A DNA stretch of 64,000 bases from Owenia fusiformis (lineage: Eukaryota): positions 33,356,001 to 33,420,000 of the forward strand of contig CAIIXF020000001.1 of assembly GCA_903813345.2 (NCBI GenBank), in the 5' to 3' direction. Under the pieces are notes generated by a model that did not search any database, was not told the DNA's origin, and saw nothing but the letters and a program-made list of their open reading frames with translations. A program made the position numbers and the translations under genes. Position 1 is the first letter of the stretch; the number at the start of each line of letters is the position of its first letter. This document shows positions 62,322 through 64,000 of this stretch, piece after piece.

Positions 62322-64000
62322 CTATTTAAAATTAATTTAAATTGTTAGGACATGATACTAAGCTTATAAAGTAAAAATTTGATTAGTTGCACCAATCATT
62401 GTGATTTTAGAGCCCATTGTTATCTCATTTTACAGTTTTAATTGTATAATTTTTTTTGCTGTCAACGTATTTATAATAGTCTACACTTATTTAATGCCTG
62501 TTTATAATGATACCGAACATTACTGTAATATTGAAATCATATAAGTAATAAAGATCCCCAAGTGGAGGTCAATGTCCCCTCCCCCATTTGTGACATGGCG
62601 TTATACGAATTAGGTTGAAGACATCAGGATGAAACCTGTTTTCATGATTTATACACCTCAATGATGTAATTTAATCGTAACAATGTACTAGCTTTTCTTC
62701 TAAGAACTATCCGGAAAAATATTTAATATTTGTAAAATAGACCCCTGCTGAAATCGTTCATAAATGAAGTTCTGTAACTTTTTATGGTGCTCAAAAATTC
62801 ATAAATAGTCAATGCTATAATCCTAACTAAAAAAGCAAATTAAAAACATTAGGCTGTAACAATAAGCTTTAGAAAAAGTATCCAGTGTTTGATGAGTTAT
62901 ACCCCCCACTGTGAACATGGATTCCATTTTGATCTAATTTTTCAGTTGAAATTTTACATTATGTTCTTGATATATAATAATTCATGTTTTTGTACTTATT
63001 TATTATCTATTAACAAGAAATCTTTTAAAACGATTATTTCTTAAAAAATGGACCCCTGCTTAAATCTCAAATGAATGATAAACGGTAATGTTGTGTGATC
63101 CTCAACAAGCAATACCATATTCAGTGATATTAGATATATCAATATAATCTATAAAAATGATTGGAACTTGAACAGGAGGTAATTTCCAAATATTCGTCAA
63201 TTCCTTTATCACTACTATGTACAGGGAATATCTATACTCAGCATTTAGGAGTATGTGATAAGTGCTTTGGAGTTGTAAAGATTTGGCTGAGTCAGATTGG
63301 CCTCTTGCTTCAAGATATTGATTTATAAGCAATCACAACATGATAACAATAACAGGACAATAATTGAAAAATATTTGTGCAAGGTATTAGTGAAGTACAT
63401 GTCATAAGAGTTAAAGTCATATGTACCATTATACAGGCTTATTATGATGGATGTTGGCATAACATGTAGGTTCTCAGTTTGATTTACTGCTAATTGTTGG
63501 ATAGTTGATATAATAAACAATTGCCAGTAAGGTGAACATTGTCAAGACGGATATACTTCAAGCAGAATGGAATAGGAAATTAATATTAGGAGTTGAGCAC
63601 TAGATATTTGGTTTGTATTATAACTTTTTCCAGTAGAAAGTATTCTGGGCTACTATAGTCAAAACAGTAATGTTTGTGAGTACTTTAAAAAATAAGCAAT
63701 CAAATAACCAAATTCAAACAATTTATGTAAAAATAGAAACATATATATTTATCCTAACTTTTGTTTATTTTAGTTTGTTTTCTAGTTTAGCTATCATATC
63801 TGTGTCCTCTTATATTTTAATAATTCTCTGCCATGTTATTTTCGGAAAAATTAACATGGCTGAAACTCCCTAAATTACAAAGGCCACAGCTTTGCTGCAC
63901 ATTATACATTACTATCTGAAATATACAAAAGTTAGGATAAATATAAATGTTTCTATTTTTACATAAACTGTTTCAATATGGTCATTTGATTGCTTATTTT

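Noticed and set aside
63102..63520. Two abutting minus-strand ORFs (also ORF 4118..4321)
   Set aside because: No recognisable motifs or splice pattern; compatible with chance.

Overview
AT-rich, repeat-dense animal genomic DNA, probably invertebrate; nothing looks prokaryotic. Almost all six-frame ORFs are repeat artefacts. The only convincing host-gene signals are two short + strand exons (7210-7304, 31387-31556). Both start at ATG and end at a phase-2 GT donor, and they resemble alternative first coding exons of a PDE4/dunce cAMP phosphodiesterase, so the window is probably that gene's large 5' intronic region (recalled similarity, not searched). The rest is a layered transposon archive: (i) two multi-kb, oppositely oriented piles of non-autonomous Helentron-like (HINE/DINE-type) elements that appear to nest into their own TTA microsatellite; (ii) four other HINE-like families; (iii) two Tc1/mariner derivatives that each have two copies of the 3' end; (iv) small TIR elements with TTAA, 5-, 6-, 8- and 9-bp target duplications, several with an empty site in the window; (v) a decayed CR1-type LINE, a second RT fragment, two tRNA-derived sequences and several satellites. 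All alignments were done by eye and boundaries without TSDs are approximate.
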